A stretch of DNA of 64,000 nucleotides from Leucoraja erinacea. Taxonomy: Eukaryota. The stretch covers positions 17,422,001 through 17,486,000 of the forward strand of contig NC_073384.1 in NCBI RefSeq assembly GCF_028641065.1. Direction: 5' to 3'. The notes beneath the pieces were generated by a model. It ran no database searches and had not been told where the DNA came from. It was given only the letters and a program-made list of their open reading frames with translations. A program made the translations under genes and the position numbers. Below, one piece after another: positions 63,619-64,000 of this stretch (within the stretch, counting starts at the first letter, position 1; the number at the start of each line of letters is the position of its first letter).

Positions 63619-64000
63619 TCTGTTGAAAGAGATGTAAAGTTAGTGAAATAGAAAATGTTGGCTCAGAGTTAGCACGACCTGTGTTCTAAACTGTGTTCAG
63701 GTATCTCCAATAAATGAGAGAACGCTCAATTCACCAAAAAAATTAATTAGCTTGTCTCGGTAATGGTAACAGTAGAACTATTGGATTGTCACAAGACCCC
63801 ATCTGTCTCTGTTCTTCAGGTCACTCTCATCCACCTGTCCTTGTTTAACTCTCCAATGTGGCTGATACTCCTGAACCTGAGGAGGCAGTTAGGGATGGAG
63901 AATAATTGTACGTATCGCCAATGACAACCGCACGTCATAAACAAATGAACTACAACCTCTCGAAAACAAATGAAATAAGATCTCCATCTGTGACCAGTGC

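Overview
Repeat-dense vertebrate genomic DNA, not prokaryotic. The mix of HER1/CR1 LINEs, HE1-type SINEs and Penelope-related palindromes points to a cartilaginous fish, probably a skate or ray (inference). Two spliced immune-type genes lie head-to-tail on the minus strand. (1) A RING-Bbox1-Bbox2-coiled-coil TRIM of the TRIM25/47/finTRIM type has five phase-consistent exons (13464-12889, 9536-9441, 8331-8098, 4082-3911, 1690-1598). Its expected PRY-SPRY exon probably lies left of the window, and an ISRE sits 64 bp upstream of its ATG. (2) A butyrophilin/B7-like gene has leader 63618-63543, IgV 49571-49242, IgC 44202-43917, TM 41183-41079 and a 21-nt heptad-type exon 39414-39394. It has a non-canonical IgV, a frame conflict that a tandem splice donor could resolve, and a stop codon right after the TM helix. 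Its 14-kb leader-IgV intron holds a two-LTR class I endogenous retrovirus (PBS-tRNAPro, decayed gag/pol, no env seen) inserted into a CR1, plus two Tc1 elements and a Harbinger-like fragment. The rest is CR1, RTE, Rex1/Babar and Penelope remnants, SINEs, MITEs, putative Helitrons and three N-gaps. Repeat boundaries are approximate and all family assignments are by eye.
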